The notes: generated by a model not told the origin, from the letters alone. A stretch of DNA of 64,000 nucleotides from Patescibacteria group bacterium (GCA_041651155.1 JBAZJU010000004.1:39427-103426), one strand, 5' to 3'. Shown: positions 39,536-50,162, counted from the first letter of the stretch. Translations and numbers: made by a program.

Positions 39536-40321
39536 TTAAATATTTTTAAGTTTTTTCAAGTCCAGGTAAATGGCAAAAAGATAAGCAAAACTAAGATAAA
39601 TCATTAGGAGCAGGATAAAAGCACTGATAATTACGCCAATATATTGCAGTTTTAGAACAACCGTTGAGAGGCTGTTTAATATTAGTAAAACAAGAACCAA
39701 AATTAGGATTTTAAATAAAATATTTCTAAAAAATCCGCTAGCAAGAAGAAAAGATTTTTTTAATGATTCTAGCCAGGACAATTTTTTATCTAAAAGAATA
39801 AAAGGCGAAAAAATTAAATAGCTAGAAAAGAATAAAATTATAATTGCGCCAAATAAAAGGCAGGCAATGCCCAGCCAAGTATTTCCCGTTAATAAAAGAA
39901 AAAGTCCTACATAGAGGGGCAAAGAAAAAAGCAGTAAAGCCAGGTTTAAAATAACATTTAAACAAAGCCAGTCCCAAAATAAGTTAAAAAAGGCTCCGAT
40001 GTTTTCTCTCAATTTTATTAGGGGATTTAAAAGGTAATTGATAATTAAAAATTGAGCTAAGAGAGTAAGCAAAAAGAAAACCACAAAAGAAATTATTGTC
40101 CAGCCGAGATTAAAGGTTAAAAAATAGGATGGCTGGATCAGATTCAACATTATGCAAAGTTGCCAGATTACCCACAAAATAATTAAAATGGCGATTATTA
40201 AACCCGTGATAAAAATTATAATTGACAAAAGATTAAGCCAATTTTTTCTAATAATTTCCCAAGTATTTTGCCATATTTTAATCACGGCAAGAGGTTTTTG
40301 TTTTAAAACAGGATTGTCCAT
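39536..40321 (-). CDS. Polytopic membrane protein
   Basis: About six TM segments, SLKKSF motif. Confidence 0.7.
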   Translation of the reverse strand: MDNPVLKQKPLAVIKIWQNTWEIIRKNWLNLLSIIIFITGLIIAILIILWVIWQLCIMLNLIQPSYFLTFNLGWTIISFVVFFLLTLLAQFLIINYLLNPLIKLRENIGAFFNLFWDWLCLNVILNLALLLFSLPLYVGLFLLLTGNTWLGIACLLFGAIIILFFSSYLIFSPFILLDKKLSWLESLKKSFLLASGFFRNILFKILILVLVLLILNSLSTVVLKLQYIGVIISAFILLLMIYLSFAYLFAIYLDLKKLKNI

Positions 40322-40362
40322 TTTATTTTTTTAATTTTTTAATTTTATATAATTTTATTTTT

Positions 40363-41253
40363 TTAAGCCATCTGCCTAAGACTGGCAATGCGTTCTTCAA
40401 TCGGCGGATGAGTGGAGAAGAGGGAACTTAAAAATCTTTTAGTCTGGCCAAAAGGATTGGCAATATAGAGATGCGCAGTGGCATTATTGGCTTTTTTCAA
40501 AGGTTCTTGATTAACTTGTGAAATTTTTGCCAGGGCGCTGGCCAGGCCTTCAGGATATCTCGTTAATAAAGCGCCGTCTGCGTCTGCCAGAAATTCTCTT
40601 TTGCGCGAAATAGCCAGCTGAATAATCTGGGCAATTAAAGGCGAGAGAATTGCCAGCGCAATGCCAACTATTAATAAAATCAAGCCCAGCTGGCTGTCTC
40701 TATCCCGATTGCCGTTTTTGCGCCAGAAAAAGCCGCGCATTAACCAATCAGAAACTAAAGCAATGATGCCGACTAAAACAATGATGACCATCATCAGGCG
40801 AGTATCGTAATTTTTTACATGCGAGAGTTCATGGGCGACAACTCCTTCTAATTCTAAATTATCTAGTTTATCCAAGGCGCCTGTGGTAATCGCCATAGAT
40901 GAGTGCTGCGGATCTCGTCCTGTGGCAAAGGCATTGATATCAGGATCATTGATTATATAAATCTGGGGCATGGGCAACCCGGCAGTAATGCATAAATTTT
41001 CCACTAACCTGTAAAGATCAAGATTTTCTTCTTTTGTAACTGGCTTAGCACCGGCTGTGGCCAGCGCAACTTTATCCCCGGCAAAATAGCTTAGGCTGGT
41101 CATAATTAAGGAAATGATGATTGCAATCGCTAAGCCAAAATAGCCGCTTTGGGAGATTTGTCCATATAGCCAGCCAATAAACAAGACAAATATTATAAAT
41201 ATCGTAATTAAAATGATTGTTTTTCTTTTGTTTGAATCTATTTGGTTATACAT
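40363..41253 (-). CDS. htpX: HtpX-family M48 zinc metalloprotease
   Basis: INAFATG, AHELSH, SRKREFLADA, STHPP; next to lemA. Confidence 0.93.
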   Translation of the reverse strand: MYNQIDSNKRKTIILITIFIIFVLFIGWLYGQISQSGYFGLAIAIIISLIMTSLSYFAGDKVALATAGAKPVTKEENLDLYRLVENLCITAGLPMPQIYIINDPDINAFATGRDPQHSSMAITTGALDKLDNLELEGVVAHELSHVKNYDTRLMMVIIVLVGIIALVSDWLMRGFFWRKNGNRDRDSQLGLILLIVGIALAILSPLIAQIIQLAISRKREFLADADGALLTRYPEGLASALAKISQVNQEPLKKANNATAHLYIANPFGQTKRFLSSLFSTHPPIEERIASLRQMA

Positions 41254-41318
41254 TTTGGCTTTATGGCTTACGGCCAATGGCAATGAAGCATTGGCCATCC
41301 AGCCAATTTTTGGCGAAG

Positions 41319-41885
41319 TTAGAATTTAACCGCTGGCGCCATTTTTTCTTGTTCATTTTCCACCTGGAAAAATTCATAAGCTTTGAAGCCCAGCATGCCC
41401 GCCACCATATTATTTGGGAAGACCTGAATTTTGATATTAAAATCCCGGACATTGCCATTGTAAAAGCGGCGCGAAGCCTGGATTTTATTTTCAGTGTCTG
41501 ATAATTCACCCTGCAATTGTAAAAAATTCGTGCTGGCTTTAAGGTCTGGATAATTTTCAGCCACGGCAAATAATGATTTAAGAGTTTGGCTTAGCATGTT
41601 TTCCGCCTTGCCTTTTTCATCTAAAGACTTGGCTTGCATGGCAGAAGAGCGCGCTTCTGTTACTTTGGTAAAAACTTCTTTTTCATGGCCGGCATAAGCT
41701 TTAACAGTTTCAACTAAATTGGGGATAAGATCATATCTTCTTTTTAATTGCACATCAATGTCTGACCAGGCTTCATCAACGCGATTTTTACTTTTAACCA
41801 GGCCATTATAGACGGCAATTAACCAAAGAATTATTGCGCCGATAATGATAATTACAATAATCCAAAGTGGCATAGATTTTTGCAT
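41319..41885 (-). CDS. lemA: LemA family protein
   Basis: AWSDIDVQLKRRYDLIPNLV, AENYPDLKA, ASRRFYN. Confidence 0.95.
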   Translation of the reverse strand: MQKSMPLWIIVIIIIGAIILWLIAVYNGLVKSKNRVDEAWSDIDVQLKRRYDLIPNLVETVKAYAGHEKEVFTKVTEARSSAMQAKSLDEKGKAENMLSQTLKSLFAVAENYPDLKASTNFLQLQGELSDTENKIQASRRFYNGNVRDFNIKIQVFPNNMVAGMLGFKAYEFFQVENEQEKMAPAVKF

Positions 41886-42020
41886 TAATTAATTAAATTT
41901 TATATACTAAAAACAGTATATGTTGTGCTTTAATTATAAAGAAAAATAAGCATTCTGTCAAAAGAAATTCAATTAATTTATATAAGCTCAAACAAGTTTA
42001 ATAAATTAGCTCTAAAAATT

Positions 42021-43205
42021 ATGAAATTTTCTTTAATGTTAGTAAAAAAGAGGCTAGGGATGCTTATTTTTTTTATAGCTGGTTTTTTGTTAATTGGCAG
42101 CGCCTGCTTGGCACAAACAGCAAATACTCCGATGAATAAGGATGTTTTTTTGCCTAACAATATAGTTATTTCTGATATCTACTTTACAGCTGGCCAAAAT
42201 GTTAATCTCAATGCGCAAATGAAAGATGATGTGTATGTCGCTGGCGTGAATGTTGAGATTTCCGGCCCGGTTGATGGAGATGTGATTGTGGCTGGTTCAA
42301 ATGTGGTAATTAATTCTGAAATTAAAGGTAATTTGAGAGTAGTCGGAGGAACAATTTTGATCAATGGTAAAATTGCGAAAAATGTCACTGTCGCAGGCGG
42401 CATGGTAACCATATCTGAGTCTGCAGAAATTGGCCAAAATCTGATAATTGGCGCTGGTAATGCTCAGATAAAAGGCAAAATTAATAAGAATTTATATGGT
42501 GGAGCAGGCAATTTGACGATAGATAGTGAAGTTTTAGGCAGCGCTTATTTAAAAATTGATCCAGAAGGCAGCCTGATTCTATATCCTAGCGCTAATATCC
42601 ATGGCAATTTAGAATATACAGCCACAAAGACAGCCGATATCATGGCCGGTGCCCAGATCCAAAATGAAGAAAAATTCAGCCAATGGCCGCAAGCGCCAAA
42701 AAGTGTTGAACCAAAATCCAAATTTACGATTTGGTTTCTGACCTGGTGGCTGGCTGGCTTATTCGGGACTTTGGTTGTAGGTTTGGTTGTGATATTTATC
42801 TTTAAAAATCAGACGTTAAAAGTTGAAAAGAAAATGTCCGGCAATATCTTTATGTCTATTTTAAAAGGTTTGGTATATTTAATTGTAACACCGCTGGCTT
42901 TGATACTATTAGGCATTACTATGATTGGACTGCCCTTAGCTTTAATTCTCGGAGCTCTCTATTTAATTTTGCTTTATTTAGCCATTATTTTTGTGGCAAT
43001 TTTTATTGGTGAAAAAATCCTGCGTCTATTTTTTAAACATCAAGAGATTCCCTTAATTTGGCCCATGATTGTAGGCACTTTAGCCATTTTTATTTTAATT
43101 GCCTTGCCTTTAGTCGGCTGGCTAATAAAATTAATTGCAATTTTGTGGGGACTGGGAGTTTTGATGACAATTATTAAAAGTGAACTTAAATTAGAAAACA
43201 CATAA
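42021..43205 (+). CDS. Beta-helix (bactofilin/polymer-forming-like) membrane protein
   Basis: Repeated (V)AGxxVxIxGxVxGD pattern followed by several C-terminal TMs. Confidence 0.7.
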   Translation: MKFSLMLVKKRLGMLIFFIAGFLLIGSACLAQTANTPMNKDVFLPNNIVISDIYFTAGQNVNLNAQMKDDVYVAGVNVEISGPVDGDVIVAGSNVVINSEIKGNLRVVGGTILINGKIAKNVTVAGGMVTISESAEIGQNLIIGAGNAQIKGKINKNLYGGAGNLTIDSEVLGSAYLKIDPEGSLILYPSANIHGNLEYTATKTADIMAGAQIQNEEKFSQWPQAPKSVEPKSKFTIWFLTWWLAGLFGTLVVGLVVIFIFKNQTLKVEKKMSGNIFMSILKGLVYLIVTPLALILLGITMIGLPLALILGALYLILLYLAIIFVAIFIGEKILRLFFKHQEIPLIWPMIVGTLAIFILIALPLVGWLIKLIAILWGLGVLMTIIKSELKLENT

Positions 43206-43310
43206 GGAATGACAAAATTAAAATGACAAAAAACAAAATAAATTCAAAATATAAAATCCAAATAACAAAATTTTTGATTTAGTTATTTTGATTTTGGTAT
43301 TATTTTGTAA

Positions 43311-43354
43311 TTTGCCTTCGCAAACCGTAGTTTGCTAAGGCAAACGAAGGTTTG
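43311..43354. repeat. Nested TTC/TAC hairpin element inside a heptamer-unit inverted repeat
   Basis: CAAACC-GTA-GTTTGC-TAAG-GCAAAC-GAA-GGTTTG, overlapped by TTTGCC-TTC-GCAAAC...GTTTGC-TAA-GGCAAA. Confidence 0.6.
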
Positions 43355-43384
43355 AGCTTTGTCATTTGTTATTAAAATAATTTT

Positions 43385-44728
43385 ATGGTATTTAATCCCA
43401 ATATTTTCAAAGCATATGATGTGCGCGGCATTTATCCCGACGAGATTAACGAAGAGGCTGTTTATCAAATTGCCCAGGCATATGTAAAAGTTTTTAAGCC
43501 AAAAGGAGCCATAGTCTTAGGCAAAGACGTGCGTTTATCATCACCAAGTTTATGGCAGTCTGCAGCCAAAGGCATTACCAATGCAGGCTTTGATGTGATT
43601 GATATTGGCACAATCTCCACAGATATGCTGTATTTTGCGGTTGCTAATTATGATTATGCCGGTGGCATGACTATTTCAGCTTCGCATAATCCCAAGGAAT
43701 ATAATGGGATAAAATTTGTCAGGGAAAAGGCAATTGCGATTTCCGCAGATACTGGCTTGGAGGATATTAAGAAAGAAGTTTTGAAAGGTGAAGAAATCAT
43801 GGAACCAGAGAAAGGCGATATTATTGCAAAAGAAATTTTGTCCGATTACGTAAAACATTGTTTGTCATTTATTGAGCCCGAAGTTATTAAGCCAATGAAA
43901 ATCGTGGCTAATGCTAATTTTGGCATGGCTGGCGTGGCAGTAAATAAAATTTTAGAGTTTTTACCAATAGAAATTGTGCCCTTGAATTTCCAGCCTGATG
44001 GCAGTTTCCCCAAAGGCAAACCAGATCCTTTGATCCCTGAAAATCGCCGGGAAACAGAGGCTTTGGTCAGGAGTGAAAAAGCCAATTTAGGCGTGGCGTG
44101 GGATGGCGATGCGGATCGCTGTTTTATTTTTGATGAAAACGGTGAATTTGTTGATGGTTATTTTTTAACTGCAATTTTGGCCGATTATTTTTTAAAAAAG
44201 AAGCCAAAAAGTAAAATTATCAGCGACCCGCGTTTAGTTTGGGCGATAGCTGAGACTGTTAAAGCTGACAATGGCAGCCTTATAATTAATAAACCGGGCC
44301 ATGCTTTTATCAAAGATCGCATGCGAAAGGAGGATGCTTTATTTGCCGGTGAAACTTCAGGCCACTATTTTTTTCGTGATAATTTTTATTGTGATAATGG
44401 CATGATCCCATTGCTTATAATATTAGAAGAATTGAGTAAAAAGGGAATTAAAATGTCTGATTTGGCCAGGCCATACCGCGAGAAATATTTTATTTCCGGA
44501 GAGCTAAATCAGGCTGTCAATGACCCAGATGCGGTTTTAAAAAATGCTGAAGAAAAATATTCTAAAGGCAGAATTGAACATATTGATGGCGTGTCTGTGG
44601 AATTTGAGGATTGGCGTTTTAATTTACGAAAATCAAATACTGAACCTTTGATTCGTTTGAATGTGGAAGCAAAGACGCAGGAATTGGTTGATGAGAAGGT
44701 TAAGGAATTGATGGAATTGATTAGATAA
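43385..44728 (+). CDS. Phosphomannomutase/phosphoglucomutase
   Basis: FKAYDVRG, SASHNP, WDGDADR, GETSGH, RKSNTEP. Confidence 0.94.
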   Translation: MVFNPNIFKAYDVRGIYPDEINEEAVYQIAQAYVKVFKPKGAIVLGKDVRLSSPSLWQSAAKGITNAGFDVIDIGTISTDMLYFAVANYDYAGGMTISASHNPKEYNGIKFVREKAIAISADTGLEDIKKEVLKGEEIMEPEKGDIIAKEILSDYVKHCLSFIEPEVIKPMKIVANANFGMAGVAVNKILEFLPIEIVPLNFQPDGSFPKGKPDPLIPENRRETEALVRSEKANLGVAWDGDADRCFIFDENGEFVDGYFLTAILADYFLKKKPKSKIISDPRLVWAIAETVKADNGSLIINKPGHAFIKDRMRKEDALFAGETSGHYFFRDNFYCDNGMIPLLIILEELSKKGIKMSDLARPYREKYFISGELNQAVNDPDAVLKNAEEKYSKGRIEHIDGVSVEFEDWRFNLRKSNTEPLIRLNVEAKTQELVDEKVKELMELIR

Positions 44729-44834
44729 ATTTAAAGTTCAAAGTTCAAAGTTTAAAAATGCATTTTAAAATTAAAAATTTCGGATTTTGATATGTAATTT
44801 TGTATTTTGAATTTTAAATTTTGAATTTATTATT

Positions 44835-45638
44835 ATGAAAATAGGAATTTTTGACTCCGGGCTCGGAGGTCTTATTATTTTAAATGAAATTATAAAAAAA
44901 CTGCCTCAATATGATTATATTTATTTGGGCGATAATGCGAGGACTCCCTATGGCAACCGCTCCCAAGATGTAATTTATAAATTCACTGAACAGGCAGTTG
45001 ATTTTTTATTTAAGCAGGATTGTGAGCTAATTATTATTGCCTGCAATACTGCTTCGGCTAAGGCCTTGAGAAAAATCCAGCAGCAATGGTTACCCTTAAA
45101 TTATCTTGACCGTCGAGTTTTGGGCGTGATTCGGCCAGTAGTTGAAACGGCTGTCGCATTTGCCAAAAATAAAATAGGAGTAATTGGCACTAAGGCTACT
45201 GTAAATTCTCAAGCTTATATTCGGGAAATTGAAAAATCAAATCCACAATTGGAGGTAATCCAGCAAGCTTGTCCATTACTCGTGCCTTTGATTGAAGAAG
45301 GCTGGGAAAAAAGGCCAGAGACAAAAAAGATTTTGCGCTCATATTTAAAACCATTGAAATTTTCCCAGGTTGATACTTTAATTTTGGGCTGCACTCATTA
45401 TCCGATTTTGTTTAAGGAAATCCAGGGAATAATGGGAAAGAAAACAAAAGTTTTAAATTCTGGACAGATTGTGGCAGATTCTTTGGCAGATTATTTAAGT
45501 AGACATCCGGAAATTGAAAATAAATTGGAAAAAAATTCTCAATATAAATTTCTTGTCACTGATTTTGCAGAACATTATCAGGAATTGGGGGAAAAATGGT
45601 TTGGTAAGGGGATTGAGTTTGAAAAGGTGGAATTGTGA
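44835..45638 (+). CDS. murI: Glutamate racemase
   Basis: FDSGLGG, PYG, IACNTAS, LGCTHYP. Confidence 0.96.
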   Translation: MKIGIFDSGLGGLIILNEIIKKLPQYDYIYLGDNARTPYGNRSQDVIYKFTEQAVDFLFKQDCELIIIACNTASAKALRKIQQQWLPLNYLDRRVLGVIRPVVETAVAFAKNKIGVIGTKATVNSQAYIREIEKSNPQLEVIQQACPLLVPLIEEGWEKRPETKKILRSYLKPLKFSQVDTLILGCTHYPILFKEIQGIMGKKTKVLNSGQIVADSLADYLSRHPEIENKLEKNSQYKFLVTDFAEHYQELGEKWFGKGIEFEKVEL

Positions 45639-45649
45639 GTAGGGTCAAA

Positions 45650-45686
45650 AAGAGGTTCGACCTCCAATTTGGAGGTCGAACCTCTT
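45650..45686. repeat. 37-bp perfect palindrome (REP-like), copy 2
   Basis: AAGAGGTTCGACCTCCAA-T-TTGGAGGTCGAACCTCTT. Confidence 0.75.
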
Positions 45687-45694
45687 AGCTCACA

Positions 45695-45903
45695 CCTACA
45701 GTGGATTTTTCGCCCGCTTTGGCAAGGCCATGTCCGCGTAAGTAAAAGGGAAACACGGGAAAAAGATTTATTCGGAATCCGATTCCGAACTCAGATTTTA
45801 AAATAGGGAACTTCAGAATGTACTTAGGAATCGGATTCCTTACTCATTCCAGAAATGTTCCTTGATGATCTAGTTACCTCACGGGGACAAAGTCTCCTGT
45901 AGG
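45695..45903. mobile_element. Possible MITE-like element with internal palindromes
   Basis: CCTACAG...CTGTAGG imperfect termini; internal TTCGGAATCCGATTCCGAA and AGGAATCGGATTCCT. Confidence 0.35.
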
Positions 45904-45985
45904 AACAATCCAATTGCCTATTTGATATTTATTTTCATTTACGCTAAAATTAAAGCATAAGTCTTAATTATTTTTAAAAAAATAC

Positions 45986-47095
45986 ATGATTGTCACTGTA
46001 TTGATTTTTATAATTATTCTGGGGGTATTGGTTTTTGTCCATGAATTCGGGCATTTTATTTCAGCCAGAAAATTAGGCATGAAAGTGGAAGAATTTGGCT
46101 TTGGTTTCCCGCCAAAGATTTGGAGTAAAAAGGGCAAGGACGGAGTTGTTTATTCAATTAATGCCATACCTTTGGGCGGTTTTTGCAAGATAAAAGGCGA
46201 AGATGGTGAAAATAAGAACGAGCCAGACAGCTTTGGGGCTAAAAAGCCGTGGCGCCGGGCCATTGTTTTAACTGCAGGCGTAGCCATGAACTTTTTGCTT
46301 TGCGCTGTCTTGCTTTCAGTTGGTTTTATGGTTGGCTTGCCACAGGCAGTTGACCAACAGGCTTTGGATCAAGGCATTGTAAAAAATTATAAAATTCAGG
46401 TTGTTTCAGTTTTAGATAATATGCCGGCCAAAGAAGCAGGGATTGAAGTCGGAGATGTTATCCAATCAGTAGATGGCTCAAAGATAATCAGCGTAAAAAA
46501 CTTAATTGATTATACTTCTGGCAAGATTGGCCAACAAGTTACTTATGACATTATGCGTGGCAAGGAAGCATTGGCTAAAGAAATAAGCGTGGTTGATATT
46601 GGCCAGGGCAAGGGTGGGATTGGCATTGGCTTAGTAGAAACAGGCATTGTCACTTATCCTTTTTTTAGCGCAATTGGCCATGGATTTGTTTTAACAGGAA
46701 TTTTAACAGAGCAATTTGTCTTAGCTTTTTATAATATAATTAAAAATTTAGTGATCGGTAAGCCGGTTGGAGTACAGGTTTCAGGTCCGGTAGGTATTGC
46801 AGTTTTAACTGGCCAAGTCGCCAAATTGGGCTTTATTTATTTACTGCAGTTTACCGCGCTTTTGTCTTTGAATTTAGCGATAATAAATTTTGTTCCTTTC
46901 CCTGCTCTTGATGGCGGCAGACTTTTATTTTTAGCAATTGAAAAAATCAGAAGAAAACCCATTAGCCAAAAAATTGAAAGCGCTATTCACACCATTGGAT
47001 TTGCGTTACTAATGCTTTTGATCGTTGTTATAACTTTTCAGGATGTGATGCGCTATGTGAACTTTGGTAAAATTTTTAGCGGGTTTTTTCAATAA
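45986..47095 (+). CDS. rseP: RIP metalloprotease RseP (M50) with PDZ domain
   Basis: VHEFGH, IPLGGFC, SGPVGI, NFVPFPALDGG. Confidence 0.94.
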   Translation: MIVTVLIFIIILGVLVFVHEFGHFISARKLGMKVEEFGFGFPPKIWSKKGKDGVVYSINAIPLGGFCKIKGEDGENKNEPDSFGAKKPWRRAIVLTAGVAMNFLLCAVLLSVGFMVGLPQAVDQQALDQGIVKNYKIQVVSVLDNMPAKEAGIEVGDVIQSVDGSKIISVKNLIDYTSGKIGQQVTYDIMRGKEALAKEISVVDIGQGKGGIGIGLVETGIVTYPFFSAIGHGFVLTGILTEQFVLAFYNIIKNLVIGKPVGVQVSGPVGIAVLTGQVAKLGFIYLLQFTALLSLNLAIINFVPFPALDGGRLLFLAIEKIRRKPISQKIESAIHTIGFALLMLLIVVITFQDVMRYVNFGKIFSGFFQ

Positions 47096-47131
47096 TGTAA
47101 ATATTTATTTAAAAAATAAAATCGTTTTATT

Positions 47132-47539
47132 ATGGAAAGAGCAAAGATTATTAAACCTACTACTGAACAAGCTGAGGCAATAAAAAAATGGAAAGAATCA
47201 AAAAAAGGTCATTTTGAAAGTATGGTTGATAAGATGCATAAATTAGATCCTGAGAATGATGAACTTTTTGTAGCTGTAAACAATTTAAAAACACCTGAAG
47301 AAATCAGGCAATTTATCGGTGATTACCTAAATTTAAAATATCCTGTAATAGAAAAAGGGACAATGTGGTTTGGAAGCACTGCGGAAGAAGCAAAGAAACA
47401 AAAAGAAAATTTAAACAGGGAATTTAGGAGAAATTTATATAGAAATCTGGTTGCGTTTATTAATAGTCACTATCTTGACAACCAACCTGAACTGCAAAAT
47501 CTTTGGAAAAAAATATCTCAAGAATTCGAAAGGAAATAA
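47132..47539 (+). CDS. Hypothetical protein
   Basis: 135-aa ORF filling the gap between rseP and pheS. Confidence 0.65.
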   Translation: MERAKIIKPTTEQAEAIKKWKESKKGHFESMVDKMHKLDPENDELFVAVNNLKTPEEIRQFIGDYLNLKYPVIEKGTMWFGSTAEEAKKQKENLNREFRRNLYRNLVAFINSHYLDNQPELQNLWKKISQEFERK

Positions 47540-47545
47540 ATATTT

Positions 47546-48571
47546 ATGGAGTTAAATCTTAAAAAACTTAAAGGGCAGGCTTTGAAAGAAATTGAGGGAG
47601 TTAGAAATTCAAAAGAGTGGCAAGAAATTGAGAATAAATATTTTTCCAGAAAAAGCGGGGAACTGGCCAAACTTTTGAAAGATTTAAAAGATGTGTCTGA
47701 GGATATGCGTCCTAAACTTGGAGCTTTAGCAAATGAAGTTAAAGTTGAAATTAATAATGCTTTGCAGAAAAAGCAGGCTGATTTAGGTATGGAATCAGAT
47801 TCAGATTTGGACAGGGATTTTATTGATGTGACTTTGGAAATTGAAAAATATAAATTGGGACATTTGCATCCCTTAACGCAGGTTCAAATGGAATTAGAGG
47901 ATATTTTTAAATCAATGGGTTTTATGATTTTGGACGGGCCGGAATTAGAATCTGATTATTATAATTTTGAAGCTTTAAATATTCCGACTTGGCATCCGGC
48001 ACGTGATTCCCAGGATACTTTTTATATTGAATCAAAAGATAAATTAGTTTTGCGCACGCAAACTTCTCCCGTGCAAATTAGGGCTATGCAAAAATATGGT
48101 GCACCTTTACGTTGCATAGTCCCAGGTCGGGTTTTCCGTAATGAAGCGACTGATGTCTCTCATGATCACACTTTTTATCAGCTGGAAGGTTTAATGATTG
48201 ATAAGGATATTGCTATCACTCATTTGGTGGCCGTGATGAAGGAAATGTTATCTGCGATTTTCAAAAAAGAAGTAAAAGTAAGATTACGGCCCGGTTATTT
48301 TCCTTTTGTGGAGCCGGGATTTGAATTGGATTTTGGCTGTTTGATTTGCCAGGGTAAGGGCTGCCCCATCTGCAAACAGAGCGGTTGGATTGAATTCGTC
48401 GGTTCTGGTTTGGTCCATCCCAATGTATTAAAAGCCGGAGGCATTGATCCAAAAAAATGGACTGGGTTTGCGTTTGGTTTGGGTTTGACTCGTTTAGTTA
48501 TGATGAAATACAAGATTGATGATATACGGTTATTACAAAGTGGAGATTTGAGGTTTTTAAATCAGTTTTAA
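47546..48571 (+). CDS. pheS: Phenylalanine-tRNA ligase alpha subunit
   Basis: HPARDSQDTFY, LRTQTSPVQ, FYQLEG, YFPFVEP, GFAFGLG. Confidence 0.97.
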   Translation: MELNLKKLKGQALKEIEGVRNSKEWQEIENKYFSRKSGELAKLLKDLKDVSEDMRPKLGALANEVKVEINNALQKKQADLGMESDSDLDRDFIDVTLEIEKYKLGHLHPLTQVQMELEDIFKSMGFMILDGPELESDYYNFEALNIPTWHPARDSQDTFYIESKDKLVLRTQTSPVQIRAMQKYGAPLRCIVPGRVFRNEATDVSHDHTFYQLEGLMIDKDIAITHLVAVMKEMLSAIFKKEVKVRLRPGYFPFVEPGFELDFGCLICQGKGCPICKQSGWIEFVGSGLVHPNVLKAGGIDPKKWTGFAFGLGLTRLVMMKYKIDDIRLLQSGDLRFLNQF

Positions 48572-48671
48572 ATAGGATACTAATATACTAATTTAATACA
48601 AATAATACTAATATTTCATCCATTTACAATTAGTATTATTAGTAAACATTCGTTAAATTAGTAACATAAAT

Positions 48672-48950
48672 ATGGATTTGACCATAATAATCGGTTCTTT
48701 AGGCGCTTTGTTGATTCTGATCGCTTTTATCATGAATCAATTGCATAAATGGCAAGAAGATTATTTAATTTATGATTTGGTTAATGCGATTGGCAGTTTG
48801 CTTTTGGTGACTTATGCCATTATTCTGGCAAGTTATCCGTTTTTAATCTTAAATCTGGTTTGGCTAGCACTTTCTTTAAGGGATGTAGTTGTGGACTTAA
48901 AAAAGTCAGGCACAAGAAAAAAACATTTAATTTCTAAGTGGGTTAAATAA
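48672..48950 (+). CDS. Small three-TM membrane protein
   Basis: YDLVNAIGSLLLVTYA...PFLILNLVW pattern. Confidence 0.7.
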   Translation: MDLTIIIGSLGALLILIAFIMNQLHKWQEDYLIYDLVNAIGSLLLVTYAIILASYPFLILNLVWLALSLRDVVVDLKKSGTRKKHLISKWVK

Positions 48951-48954
48951 AAAT

Positions 48955-49593
48955 ATGAAAACAATATCTGAATTAAATTCAAAAGGGTGGTATAGGCTAA
49001 TAAAGGTTATTTTTATTTTAGTTTTTATAATTGTTTTAATTGGCTATAATATTTTTGTTTTTTATAATGGAGTTAGGCATGTAGATCAGAAACAAACAAT
49101 AATACAATGTAATTTAGGGGCTAAAACAAATTTTACAGCTCAAAGTATCGGGCTAGATCTGAGCGTAGATGATTTTACAAATGGACAATTTGACTATGAG
49201 GAGTTTTTTAAGGGATATAACTCTTACAAGGCTGAAGATATTGTGAGTGCCTGTTATCCCAAAAGGGAGGCTAATATTTATGATTCGCAAAAGCTGGGAG
49301 AATTATTAAATAAATATGGATTCATTGGTAATGAAAATTCATTATCCCAAGAGCAAAAAGATATACTTCTACCTGAATATAATGAGTATAAACAACAAAC
49401 GAGTAAAATATTCGGGACTGATAAAGCAAAATATTTAGATTTTAGTTTTAAGATGTTTGATATAATGCCAATTTTTACATTCAATTACTTTTTAATGTAT
49501 TTCTTTATAGGTAATGTAATAATAACACTTATTTTTGAAGGCTTAAGGCGGGCTTTTTATTATGTGGTTCTGGGCACAATAAAACCTCAATAA
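48955..49593 (+). CDS. Hypothetical membrane protein (two TMs around an exported loop)
   Basis: WYRLIKV at N-terminus, RRAFYYVVLG at C-terminus. Confidence 0.7.
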   Translation: MKTISELNSKGWYRLIKVIFILVFIIVLIGYNIFVFYNGVRHVDQKQTIIQCNLGAKTNFTAQSIGLDLSVDDFTNGQFDYEEFFKGYNSYKAEDIVSACYPKREANIYDSQKLGELLNKYGFIGNENSLSQEQKDILLPEYNEYKQQTSKIFGTDKAKYLDFSFKMFDIMPIFTFNYFLMYFFIGNVIITLIFEGLRRAFYYVVLGTIKPQ

Positions 49594-49614
49594 TAAAATT
49601 TTAATTATAAATAT

Positions 49615-49815
49615 ATGGGAATAAAATTCGGTGAAGTAGATTCAAGCCAAATAATAGAAAATGAATTTAGAATTAACGTTTTAGAGAGAGTTATTGAATT
49701 TATGGCAAATAATCAAGGGGTTCTACCTTCGATCGTGCAATTGAATGAAATAAGAAAAGAAGTGGCACGTTTGTTAAAAACCAAGTATCCTAATTCTATC
49801 AAATTACCCGAATAA
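49615..49815 (+). CDS. Hypothetical 66-aa protein
   Basis: Co-oriented and tightly packed with neighbours. Confidence 0.55.
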   Translation: MGIKFGEVDSSQIIENEFRINVLERVIEFMANNQGVLPSIVQLNEIRKEVARLLKTKYPNSIKLPE

Positions 49816-49822
49816 TAAATTT

Positions 49823-50161
49823 ATGCCTATAGATTTTAATAATCCAGACGACGTAAAAAAGTTTATGGAGGAAAAAGCCGATAAAGATGATATTAATAAA
49901 TTAGCGGTTGATCTTGAACAAAGATTTGATAAAAAAACGAGGGATCTAATTTATGCTGTTGGAATTGTTTTATTAGTAATGACAATATCAATTTTATGTT
50001 CTTTGTGGATTGATTATAAAAATTCTACTAGACCTGAATGGGAATTAGTCAATAAGTTGACCGAAATTAAAACCGAACAAAATCTATTAAGATCAGATTT
50101 TGAAAATTTAAATAAAAAAGTAAAGGATTTAGAAAATTATTATATAATACCATCAAAATAA
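49823..50161 (+). CDS. Single-TM coiled-coil protein
   Basis: Central TM flanked by coiled-coil segments. Confidence 0.6.
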   Translation: MPIDFNNPDDVKKFMEEKADKDDINKLAVDLEQRFDKKTRDLIYAVGIVLLVMTISILCSLWIDYKNSTRPEWELVNKLTEIKTEQNLLRSDFENLNKKVKDLENYYIIPSK

Positions 50162-50162
50162 T

